A DNA stretch of 63,832 nt, filler included, from Stramenopiles sp. TOSAG23-2 (taxonomy: Eukaryota): NCBI GenBank assembly GCA_900128395.1. It is 9 parts of 9 records of this genome, joined end to end, with 100 filler letters (N's around TTAATTAATTAA, not from the genome) between each part and the next. Parts side by side here need not be neighbours in the genome. Positions count along the whole stretch, not along the records: positions 39,055 to 46,742 come from LT650287.1; positions 46,843 to 54,522 come from LT650288.1; positions 54,623 to 62,281 come from LT650289.1; 6 more parts are not named here. The stretch is one strand, 5' to 3'. The position numbers and the translations under genes were made by a program. This document shows, in pieces, positions 45,970 through 57,600 of this stretch (its first letter is position 1; every line of letters starts with the position of its first letter). The notes beneath the pieces are model-generated. The model made no database searches, was not told the DNA's origin, and was given only the letters and a program-made list of their open reading frames with translations.

Positions 45970-46742
45970 TTATATATTTATCATATTTTGTTTGACTAAT
46001 ACAATTTTATATATATATTTTAATTTTTTATAATTCTTCTTCTTTACGTTTTCCACCTTTTGAACGTATAAGATCAATGATCTTTTGTTTAATTGGACTT
46101 TTATTAATATATGCATAGTCCAGGGGAGTGGATCCCGAGTACCCCTTCCACCTTTTGAACGTATAAGATCAATGATCTTTTGTTTAATTGGACTTTTATT
46201 CTCATATGCACTGTCCAGGGGAGTGACCCCGTCCCACTTGTCCTTCTTATTAATGCTAGTAAGAGACATATTAGTTAATAAGAACTCAATCACCTTCGTA
46301 TCCTTTTTGTTATCCCATGCTGCATAATGTAATGCATTATATCCATATCTAGTTGCAATATTAGGATCAGCTTCACATTGTTCAATCAAATATTTAACTA
46401 TTTGGAAATGTTCGTTCTCCGCAGCTGCCATTAAAGGTGTACGTTCATAACCACGACTATTTTTACCTTCTTGACTCACGTATTCTTTCAATGTCATATT
46501 ATTATTATTATTACCATTACTACCATTCACATCATTACGGCCTGTAATCAATAATTTCACATCCTCAAAACGTCCGTATTCACATGCAATAATTAATTTA
46601 TTTTTTATTGCTCCATGTTTTACTTTAAAAAGCAATTCAATCGATTCATCATCCAATTTATTCCATGGTATCTCTAATATTTTCAATGACGTATTATTTT
46701 TCAACACTTTAATTAACAAACGAACTTGTGCGACTGTAAGAT
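45970..46742 (-). CDS. LRR + ankyrin-repeat protein (5' partial; C-terminus scrambled by a 95-bp duplication)
   Basis: NTSLKILEIPWNKLDDE LRR, followed by TPLMAAAENEH..IVKYLI, NALHYAA and TPLD.A ankyrin repeats. Confidence 0.8.
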
Positions 46743-46842
46743 NNNNNNNNNNNNNNNNNNNNNNNNNNNNNNNNNNNNNNNNNNNNTTAATTAATTAANN
46801 NNNNNNNNNNNNNNNNNNNNNNNNNNNNNNNNNNNNNNNNNN

Positions 46843-47063
46843 TTCAAATTATGATTCTGATGATTTATAGCTCCTTTTCTAAAAAGTCTTTCGAACATCT
46901 TTTTGCTGCAGTCATTTTTATGACCACTAATCCAACCATGTTCTTGACATTTAATGTTGCAATAATAAACACTTTTACATTTTGCACATAACTTTAATAA
47001 TTTCTTACAGCTTACTTTACCACATGTACCACATTGCTGCATTTCTACTGTTAATGATGCCAT
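46843..47063 (-). CDS. MYND-type zinc finger protein (3' partial)
   Basis: CGTC......LKLCAKCKSVYYCNIKCQEHGW..GHKNDC. Confidence 0.85.
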
Positions 47064-47798
47064 TGATAAATGTTCATGTACTTTGTTTCGTTTCTCAGTT
47101 TTCACTGGTTTACATTTTCATTTGCGTTAGGTGCTTTAGTTTACCTGGTTTTCGTTTTGAAAAAGTTTATTTATTATTGTGGGTTTTTTTCTTTCTTCGT
47201 CGCGTATTTCGCGCGCTTCGTTTTTTCCACATCACCTCAACCTTTTTTAACCTTGCCTTTTAGCTTGCACTAAATATTTACTATAATATTTGCACCTTAT
47301 ATTATAACTTTAATTATATTATACCCTTTCCATTTTCCGATTTTCCGCATCATGTGCTCATTTTAATGAATTTAATTTCCAATTTTAATTTTTTTCCATA
47401 ATTCCTGTGCAACTCTACTTTTTCCTATCAAATTAGGGTAATGTACAAGTACGTATAATAATATAAATTTACTTTAAAAAATTATTCGAAATTTAAATTA
47501 AAAAAAAAAAAATGAAAAGAAGAAGATACCTTAACCTGGTAAAGCCAGAACGAAAGAGCACAACAACATAAACAACAACATCAAAAACAAAACCAAGAAA
47601 GAGGAGAGAAGAAGAAGACTGGTTGTTGGTTGTGCTTCAAATGAATAAACAAAAAAGATATATATTATATATTTATAAATATAAACCAATATATAATAAT
47701 AAAATACATTTTATCATAGTCGCGAAAGATAGAAACTGAAACTACTGCGCGTCTTCTCCCAATCACACCTCTTACGATTACAAGAATATACGAATACC

Positions 47799-50700
47799 AT
47801 GGCATCCTCATATTTACCACCACCCGTTCCATATATCATCCCGAAAATAAAATCTGGACCAAAACTTGGCAAGTTAGGGCTGGAAGTGAAAATAATTAAT
47901 TCTTTTGATATAAATGGTAAAGAACTTGAGTATATATTATTAGATGAGGCATCAGATGCAGCAGTTGTACTGCCAACACCTAGTATAATCAAAAGTGTAA
48001 ATAGAAATGATGTTAAACCACCCACGATGGATCACTTTATAAAGTTAATTGTCGAAAGTGGTTTAGATGCCATACCGATGGAATTAATACCATTACCATC
48101 AAAATGGACTGAAAAAGGAAATGAAAAGTAAGTATTGTTTTATTTTTTTTGTTCAATAATTTACATACATACATATATATATATATACACATATATATAG
48201 TATAAATTACACAGTGTATTTTCTAACAACAACCCAAACATTTACAATAAATAGATTAAAAAATTTCAGATTAATACTTCGCTCACAACATAATGCTTAT
48301 ATAAATCAGTTGGAAATGTTGCATAAATTAAACTTTAAGTATCAACGAAAGCATGGGGTATTACCAGTTCAATTGAACCCACTAGATTCTGATATGAATA
48401 GTATGGAAAATGATAGCAATCAAAACGAGGAAAGTGATATCAATAAAGGCCTATCAGTATCAAATATGCCAAATGAGAAAGAGGAGCAATTATTTGGGGC
48501 ATTGAATCTTAAAGGTGAAATTGCGCATATTACATATGTAGATAATATTGTCCCACTATGCAAAAAAGCCACTGATGCATTTGCTACTCTTGTTTTAACT
48601 GTTCTATTGCGTACAAGTGATAAGATAATATTGACAAAATTTGTTGAAAGTGGTGGTGCAACCGTTTTAAAAAAATGGTTGAAACAATATTCCGCTAAAA
48701 AAGATGAAGAATTAACGACATTGGTATTAGATGTCCTAAGTACCATTCCAATGAGCGAAATGGCGGTGAAAGAAAGTAAAATAGGAATAACTATGAGGAA
48801 ACTAGCCAAAGTAGAGAATGGATTCAAAGCGACTGAAGCTGACCATATCGTGAACAAATGGCGCCAGGATGTTGTTAATCAACGTGAGAATAAAATAAAA
48901 GAGAAGGAAAGACAAAAACAGGAGGCTGAGAGACAAGCAAAATTGAAAAAAGAAGAAGAGGAGAAAGAACGTCTCAGATTAGAGGAACAAAAACGCCAGG
49001 CTGAGCAAGCTAAAAAAGAGAAGGAGGAATTAAAAAGAAAACGCAAAGCAGAGAAAGCAGAGGCAAAGGCTAAGAGGCTTGCAGCTGCTGAAGCTGCAAA
49101 AGCAGAACGATTGAAGAAAAACGCTAATGGCGATGATGATGATGTAGTAATGAAGGATGGTAATAATAAAAAACGAGGAAGGGACGGGAATGATCGAAAA
49201 AAGAAAAAGAAAAAAAGACGCCGAATTAGTTGGGGAAAAGGTGAAAAACTTGAGGAAGTGAAATTTTTTTCAAAGTCGGATATTGTAAAAGATCCTAGTG
49301 GAAATGTTGCTACTAATGGTGGCAAAAATACTGGTATGCAAGCCCAGGATGATAATAATAATAATAATAATAATAATAATGTTAATAAAAACAATACTGA
49401 AAATCAGATAAGTTTTAAAGAGAAACAACGAAAAGACAAGGAAAAAGAAGCAGCGGCGCTTTTGAAAATGAAACAAGATAAAAAGGCAGCGGAATATAAA
49501 AATTATTTTGATAATGCAATCGCTGATGCAGAGTTTATAACACCAAAACAAATTTTAATCGGTCAAGGCATAGAAAAAGTAAGAAAAAAACTTGCAAAGA
49601 AAAGAGATACTCCATTTTCTGATAAGATCCAGAAAGAAAATAATAAGATAAAAGAATATGTTACAAAATCTAAAGCCCCGGTCGATATTTCAACAGAAGA
49701 GAAGGATTGGCGCGACCATAAAATGCCAGATTGTTATGAAATTAATGACATAGAAGCTTATAAAGTTATATCTGGTGTTGAAGGTCTAGATGATCTTACC
49801 AACAATGATGACATAAATGCATCAAATATAAGTGCAAAGAATTTAGATGGAAATAATAATAATGAAAAGAAGGGACAGAAAGTTATCCTATTAGAAGACC
49901 CAAGACCTGAATTGTTAGCTGCATTGAGCATAAATGGCGGATCTTTGGTAAAGAACGATTTACTTCCAAAAATAGTTTTAGGCAAAGAAGATAGTAAACT
50001 TGTATTTAAAGGTCGTTTGTCATTGTTTCAAGTTATACCTGAAGTGAAAGATATTCTAGATATAAATAGCAATCAAGATGATATATTTAAAGATTTACAA
50101 AAATTTGTACGCCAAGAAAAGTTTCCATTGCAAAAAGTCCCCTTGCCACATTTAAATACTATACCACTTGAACTTCGTGGTGGTTTTCAGCAGCAACAAC
50201 AGCAACAACAGCAACAACAATATGGACAAAACCAAGGCCAAGGAGGTTGGGTAAATATTGCAAATAATAATAACAACCATTTCAACAATAATATGCAAGT
50301 TCAACAACAACAACATATGCAGATGCAAAGACAACCTGTACAACAGCAAATGCAACAACAACAACCTCAATGGCATCATCAACAACAACAACAGCAATAT
50401 GTTGGAGCTGCCGTACCAATGGATGCTGCAGCTATTGCTGCAGCTTTAATGGCTGTGCAACAGCAACCTGCTGCAAGTACTCCACAATATCCTACGAAAA
50501 TACAACCAACTTTTACTGAGCCTGGCAGCCAAATGATGGCTGGAATTGTTACCAAAATTGTTGCAAGATCTCCAGAAATTGCAAAATGTTTTTGTATTGT
50601 GAATCAAGATTGTTATTTATCAGCAAATACCATGTTGATGTGTGGACAACAATGGCCACCATTCATGGGCCAAGGTGTTAAATTAGTTGTCTATCCACAT

Positions 50701-50973
50701 CAATCAGGAAAAAATCGTTGGAAAGCTAATTGGGTTATGTATGATAATACAGTAATTCAACAAAAAGGTGGTGGCGTTGTAAATGGTTCTGTGCGTCATG
50801 TTTCCGATCGATGGTGTATTGTTAATGCAGATATTTTTTTACCACGTGTTACAGTTGAAGGATGTGGTTATACATGGCCCCCTGCAATTGGAACTCTATG
50901 TAGTGTCAATGTTATACCGCATGTACAAGGAAAAAATAGATGGAAAGCACTTAATTATCATCAAAATCAATAA
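47799..50973 (+). CDS. PNUTS/PPP1R10-like protein: TFIIS-N domain, PP1-docking RxSW motif, Q-rich region and two S1-like domains; intron 48128-48254
   Basis: FVESGG..VLKKWL...VLDVL..IP.....KESKIG...RKL...A..IVNKW (TFIIS-N/LW) and KKRRRISW...LEEVKFF. Removing the GTAAGT..CTAAC..TAG intron restores the frame. Confidence 0.75.
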
Positions 50974-51172
50974 AAGGTGTCCGGGTGGTATCATAAGAAA
51001 AGATATCATATGCATATGATATTGTGTGTGTGTTAAAAAATATTTTTTTTATTCTCTCTTCTAGAGAGATGTGGGAGATCTTTTTTTACGAAAAAAACAA
51101 CAACTTAGGGTTAGAGTCTTATAAATATATATTTATACATTCAAAAATATTTTTAGACTTTCGTATTAGTAA

Positions 51173-51814
51173 TCAAGTTACACTGCTGCTGTTGCTACTA
51201 CTACTACTACTGCTGTTGGTGGTAGTGTTCTTATTTAAAACTTTTAATCGTTCTTCCATATATTTACAAGCTGATTCTGGCACTTTATTGTAATCTAATT
51301 GATTTAATTTCAAAATTTCTGTCCATATAAATAATTCTTCATTTGGATTGGGTACTTCAAAAATATTTTCAACAATAATCTCTCGGTATACTTTACTTTC
51401 ATCAACGCTTGCAAAGATATCGCGATGTATATACTCTGTTGGCATGCGCCTGAGTTTTCCGCGTATTTTCACCATCTTTCCTAGTTTACTTGAATTAGCA
51501 ATTGCATCGTTCACGTTTTCATTTTCTTGATTTAAAAAAACTAAGCAATTTATAACGCCTGTTCCATCATCTATGGTAAATTTTAAAAGTTTCATAAATC
51601 GTTTATGATATATAACTACCCCAACGATCTCTACGTTATTTACAGGTCTCATAAAATTATTTTCGCTTTTTATAAAGTGACTATTTGGTATTTGTGGTGC
51701 ATTTTTTAACTTGTTAATTTGTCCAATAAATAGTTTAGCATATGCAAAATATAGTGGATCTAATGCATAACATACTGGTTCAGGAAAGACAAGTATTTCA
51801 TTGTTTCCTTGCAT
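51173..51814 (-). CDS. STN1: CST complex subunit STN1-like OB-fold protein
   Basis: PVNNVEIVGVV...FTIDDGTGVINCLVF...GKMVKIRGKL...REIIV..I....NPNEE..IW. Confidence 0.75.
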   Translation of the reverse strand: MQGNNEILVFPEPVCYALDPLYFAYAKLFIGQINKLKNAPQIPNSHFIKSENNFMRPVNNVEIVGVVIYHKRFMKLLKFTIDDGTGVINCLVFLNQENENVNDAIANSSKLGKMVKIRGKLRRMPTEYIHRDIFASVDESKVYREIIVENIFEVPNPNEELFIWTEILKLNQLDYNKVPESACKYMEERLKVLNKNTTTNSSSSSSSNSSSVT

Positions 51815-52137
51815 GACATTTATTCTATTATATATTCAATATTTACAAATATATGTGGGACGCAGAGTCTCCTTGTATAATTACGTTGCAACTAATTGGA
51901 ATATTTGTTTGCAATGGTATGTTTTATCAATATACAATATATATATATGTTATTATAGTGTATATATACCCATAGTATGTAGTTATAGTATAGTGTTTTA
52001 TTAGTATACATTCATAAGAAAATGTTTGAAAATCATATAGGACGAACTACAGAAATATTTTATAACAAACAACATATGATACACACACACACACACACCA
52101 GCACACACATATACTGTAACATTCTCCACTCTCTCTT

Positions 52138-54435
52138 TTAACGTTTTCGTTTCTTTGTTTTCGGTTCTTCTACGATATTTTCCTCCTCCTTTACCATATC
52201 CTCCTTTTTAACAACAGCAGCACCACTATCACTATCATCATCATCATTATTTCCACCAATATTACCATTAGAAATATGTTTTGTCTTCTCTTCAAGATAT
52301 TTATCATAACCATCTGGTTTTTCTGGTATTGGCATCGATCTAAATGTTTCTAAAACATTTTTAACATCTTGAAGTGGGTTGATACTTTGAGACAAGATTG
52401 GTAAATATGTTGTTATTTTACCTAAAAATGCAGGGACACATAAATATTTTTCATTGTCAACGCCATTACCATCAGCAACTGGGACACCAACAACTTTTAC
52501 ACGCTCACTGTTAAATAATGGATCAGCCATATTAGTATACATATAAGATGAAGAACTGGTTTGTCCAACATTACCATCGCCATTGCTACTTTCATCATCA
52601 CCATCTGGGCTTAAACCTAACGTGTTGTATCTATATCGGATCCCGTTTAATCCTTCCAACATTAAATCATTTGGATACATTTCATAAAATCGTTTTTCCA
52701 ATGCTTCAACAGCACTTAAATCGCCACCACCTTTACATAATCTCAATTCAAGTTCTAAATATATGCGAAATATAATTTTACATTTGTCTTTTGGTAAAGA
52801 TGGAATGACTCTTTCAAGCAATGTCCGTAAACCATTATCATCATTTTGATTCATCAAAAATTTAACATACTCCAACGCATATTCCAATGTACTATTAAAT
52901 TTTTTCAAACCTAATTCAAAAATATTATGAGCAATCTTCGGCTGTTTATTTGAGCGCAATTCCATATTTGCCGCTGCAACAAATACATGCCAAGTGCAGC
53001 TACCGTCTTTACTATTACGCGCTTTTTTGAATATTTTTCTTGCGCAATCAATTTTACTTTTTTCATCATGATTTAATCCTTTCTTGCCTGATACATCCCC
53101 ATTTCTACGAATAAATTGTTGGTATTGTATCCACACCAATGGCTTTGATGTCTCCTTTTGTAATTTTTTATATAATGCTTGGCATTCTTTCAATTTTTTA
53201 GCTTGTTCCAAGAAATCACAATGCGCTAATCCTAATGTCAAATTAGTAGGTAATGCTATTGAAGACAACTGATATACGCTAAATGCAGCATCAGTATCTT
53301 TCGTTGAAAATTCGTATTTTGCAAATTCATACCATATAGTTGGAAAATGACGTAATGTGCATAAGCATCGTTTATATTGAAATCTTACTCGAGCTTTTCG
53401 TTTTACTTGTTCAATATTTGATGTTGTTTGTTCCATTTCCCATTTAATAATTCTTTTCCACACTTGCAATTGCTTCCCATAGGTTTGATCATAATCGTAT
53501 TTTGCTGGTATTGCTAATAAATTATATTTCACTAAATTATGTACCATTGGTTGCAATTCCCTTGCTAATGTTCGATTTGCCATCGCAATTGATTGTGTTT
53601 CCTTTAACAATCGTTCTGCTAATATTTTATTTGACGCATCGACTAAACCGCGCTCAAATATTTCATATTGCTGCCAAATGGATTCAATGTTAAAGATAGG
53701 ATTTGATAAGGCACGTCGATATGCACTTCGTATCTTAGTGACCCTTTGTCCCATTTCATAGTGATTATCTTGTGGCAATTTACTTTTTAAAAATTCAATA
53801 TAATTTGTCCAAATTCCTGTTGAATCTGGTGCATATAATATTTGATCTAAACAATGTTCATATGCTTGTTCAATGTCACTTATACATTGATCACGCTTTT
53901 CTGTCGTATTTTCATCAGTAATAACATCCCAATCTTGACCTTGTTGTTGGATTACAAATTCAATGTAATATCGCCATAATTCCATACTAACGCTTTCTGC
54001 TAAACCTCGTTGAATGACTTTTTGCGCTTCGTTAGTATTATTTAAAGAAGCTTCATGTTCAGCATAAAATTTCCAATATCTTCCAGACGTAGGAAACTTA
54101 CTCAAAAATCGTTCATAGATGGCCCGCGCTTCTGTTATATTTTCAGCTGGCATGGAACGTGCTTCGGTAAATAACGCCTCCCATGCTTTAATATTCCATT
54201 CATTGTTTGATATAGATTCCTCCGCAGCAAGAAGTTTAGTGGATGGATTATAACTAGAAGCAGTGTTACTTTCATCTTCATTTTTTTCACCATTTTGACT
54301 AATATCATTATTAGTTTTCGTTGCAGTCGTATCAGTCCCTATTTCTAAGACTTCATCTTCTTCGTCTGAATCACTTTCTAGATTCATTGCAGTATTCGTA
54401 TTATTATTATTATTATCACTATTACTACAGCACAA
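52138..54435 (-). CDS. CSTF3: Cleavage stimulation factor 77 kDa subunit (Suf/Rna14, HAT repeats); start uncertain (ATG at 54387 or an upstream exon)
   Basis: ARAIYERFL.KFPTSGRYW, ELWRYYI.FV, IR.AY.RA...P..NIE.IW..YE.FE, W...I.WE, AR.IFK.AR and IA.NIFELGLKKF. Confidence 0.9.
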   Translation of the reverse strand: MCCSNSDNNNNNTNTAMNLESDSDEEDEVLEIGTDTTATKTNNDISQNGEKNEDESNTASSYNPSTKLLAAEESISNNEWNIKAWEALFTEARSMPAENITEARAIYERFLSKFPTSGRYWKFYAEHEASLNNTNEAQKVIQRGLAESVSMELWRYYIEFVIQQQGQDWDVITDENTTEKRDQCISDIEQAYEHCLDQILYAPDSTGIWTNYIEFLKSKLPQDNHYEMGQRVTKIRSAYRRALSNPIFNIESIWQQYEIFERGLVDASNKILAERLLKETQSIAMANRTLARELQPMVHNLVKYNLLAIPAKYDYDQTYGKQLQVWKRIIKWEMEQTTSNIEQVKRKARVRFQYKRCLCTLRHFPTIWYEFAKYEFSTKDTDAAFSVYQLSSIALPTNLTLGLAHCDFLEQAKKLKECQALYKKLQKETSKPLVWIQYQQFIRRNGDVSGKKGLNHDEKSKIDCARKIFKKARNSKDGSCTWHVFVAAANMELRSNKQPKIAHNIFELGLKKFNSTLEYALEYVKFLMNQNDDNGLRTLLERVIPSLPKDKCKIIFRIYLELELRLCKGGGDLSAVEALEKRFYEMYPNDLMLEGLNGIRYRYNTLGLSPDGDDESSNGDGNVGQTSSSSYMYTNMADPLFNSERVKVVGVPVADGNGVDNEKYLCVPAFLGKITTYLPILSQSINPLQDVKNVLETFRSMPIPEKPDGYDKYLEEKTKHISNGNIGGNNDDDDSDSGAAVVKKEDMVKEEENIVEEPKTKKRKR

Positions 54436-54622
54436 TATAAGTTTTTAGAGAAGTTTACGTATATTTACTATGTAGCAAATGAAAATGTAAACCAGTGAAA
54501 ACTGAGAAACGAAACAAAGTACNNNNNNNNNNNNNNNNNNNNNNNNNNNNNNNNNNNNNNNNNNNNTTAATTAATTAANNNNNNNNNNNNNNNNNNNNNN
54601 NNNNNNNNNNNNNNNNNNNNNN

Positions 54623-57600
54623 TCAAGCGAATATATTGGCAGAGGTATTGGCAGTATTGGTATAAGCCATGATGCTAAAGATTCACATGGAAATTTGCGT
54701 AGAATTAGCTATGTGGAAGGGTCAGCGGCAACAGAATTCAATTTTTCCGAAATTTTGTCTACTGATTACACTATTTGCACAGTGTCAAGATACACCGGAG
54801 ATTCCCGAGGAAGGATTTTTACTGGAAGTACTGGGGATTGGTTACATGGACACTGGAATGGTAATGTTGGCTCTTTCCACTATGATCATAGTTTGCGCCT
54901 TACACCAGATGGAAGCAATAAGCCACCAGCCACAACAAATGAAAATCGGATGAGATGGATTGCAGCATGCGCGACGAACAAAGGGGATGATGCGTATTAT
55001 GTGAACGGAAATAAATATACGACTGGAGGGGGATCGGTATCAGGGCCTTATGCTGTTCTCATTAATTCTGGCCCATATGTGGAAAAGTCCGATTGGGGGG
55101 TAGCCTATGTAGCCACCTGGAATTACCATATGAGCGATGCTGACATGGATACAATGAGTAATTGGCTAAATCCTACTACAACTCCTGTTCCACATTGGTT
55201 TGGTTGGAACAAATGCAAGGGATGGCAAATTAAAAATCACGTACCGATTACAGTGGATGTAGGAACATCGTTTGCAAATGTGAAAGAAATCAGCTTAAGT
55301 GAAACGGGTATGGCGTGTCCTTCAATTGTCGATAAGAATAATTGGGTAAATGGTGACACTACGGTCGAAACATTTTCTATCTCTGTGCGCGGCAAAACAA
55401 TGCTAGTAACAAGGACAGATACAGATAACGAAGGATGGGATATTGGCTTGAAAATAAATTGTGACGTCCATAAACGTGGGTTTTTTTACGACGAGGCTTG
55501 TATATCGTTTGCACATGCATCCTCTAAACCAAATCAAATTACCCGTCAAAATGTTGTTCTATATAAGTACGGTGTATTTAATGACCTTCCACATTCACGA
55601 AGGACCGTTAGGAAAAATATTGCATATAAAAAAATGGCTTCTAGTTCCTCCGTTCATGAAAGTCATACAAACGCTATTGCTGCGAAAGTAATAGATGGGA
55701 ATAATAACAATGGCGTCTTTGATGAAAATGAATGCGCTCATACAGCAGGAAAGATGTCCTGGATACAAGTTGATCTTGGAACAAAGGAATCAATTGGTGA
55801 AATCTATTTGGCTGGCAGCACTACGGCGTTATCTGCAGGTTGGACAGTCAAAATTGGAGATACTGGACTAATTTATGCAATTGCTACTTACGAAACGAGA
55901 AGAGGGGACTGTATAGAATATGACTCAACAACATCTACGTGTACTAAGTACCGTAATGCTGAATGCGTATCGCATATAACAATAGAAGAGGAGTGTAGTG
56001 ATGTAGCCATTATGAATAGTGGTGCAAGCAACGTTGACAACAATGTTGGATATGGTGGGCTCACAAGCAATGCGAATCGACCATTTGGATGTTATCATGA
56101 TGTAAATGGAGATAACAAATACCATTTGAACACAAAAGTAACTGCAACTCCATGTACTATGAACTATAATTGTATTTGTAAATCTTTCAGTGCCAGCGAT
56201 ACAGATCCAACGTATGCAACAAATGTCGATGCAATGTGGACTAATGGTGGGAATGAAGGTATCAGATTACGGTTTTCAGGTGTGCAGGGGCGATACATCA
56301 CGCTGTTTTCTCAAGATGCTATGGTACTGTGCGAAATGGAAGTTTACGAAGATTACATATCGAATTTAGTCGTAGGGAAAACGGCTACAAGTTCCAGTGT
56401 GGCGAACAATGGCTTCGCGGCGTTAGCGATAAATGGGCAGCATAATGATGGCGTGTATGATAGTAGTAATAGTCAATGTGTCTTTACACAAGAAACTGCG
56501 TCCTGGGTGCAAGTTGACCTCGGATCCTATTATATGATTACAGAAATTAATTTAATAGGTCGCAGTACAACTGACAGTGCGTCTGCATCTATTCAATCCA
56601 CGGGATGGAGCATCCAGGTTGGAACTGGTGGTGATGGTACAGATAGTATTTACGCAGACGACATCGATGCTAGTTGGACTGAGACTACGCATGAGGGTGC
56701 TCGTTTATATTTCTCAGGCGCATACGGTCGATATGTCCGCGTCGTATCAGGCACTGTGATGGTTCTGTGTGAAATTGAAATTTATGGCAATTATGTCCAC
56801 CATGATGAGGAAAATGATTGTAAAATTTGTCCATATGGAAAATACCAAGACGAGGCGGGGCAAAACAATGTGAAAACGATTCCGAAACCGACCATTCAAA
56901 CCGTTATTGAAGATGATGTAAACGAAGAAGCCGTCATCTCGTTCTCTGCGTTGCAGTGCATTCACGATTTTAATGCGGTGACGAATCCAACGGTACATCC
57001 ATTAAACCAGCCATTAATGCCATGGAATGTGGATATAACATACGTCGATGCCAGCCCAAAAAGTGATCCCAATGCAGCTCGTTTAGGGATTTTTCGCCCT
57101 GGATATTTAGAAAACGCGGAGTCCATTCAAAATGGTGGTGTTAGCTACGCGTATTTGAATTTATTGGATGAAAAGGTAAAATTGAACTATGAATTGAATG
57201 GCGCAACTCCTACGTTCACGATCACATACCGGTGCAGTTTTTCATTGAAAACAGATCCGTACGATGTCTCAAAACCGGCTTCAAGTGACGCTACTAAATA
57301 TTTTCAACCTGGAGCTTTTGATACGGCTTACCCAATTGCATACAGTATTGAGCAAGATTTTATTATAACTGTTAAAAATATAAATGAGCCGCCAAGTATT
57401 AATTACACCCTTACTGGTCTCGGAAATGGCAATATGGAAGAAAATGCAGCATCCAATTTTGAAATTGCAACTTTTTCATGTCAGGATGATCCTGAGGCAT
57501 CCTTATGCGGTGGATGCTCCAACATGATGTATGGTTGTTCGGGAAATGCTATGCATACAACGTGGGGACAGACAAATTGCGGGGATGTCGTCAGGGCATT

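Noticed and set aside
51105-51112. TTAGGG telomere-like hexamer next to STN1
   Set aside because: A single copy here (another isolated one at about 47433), expected by chance.
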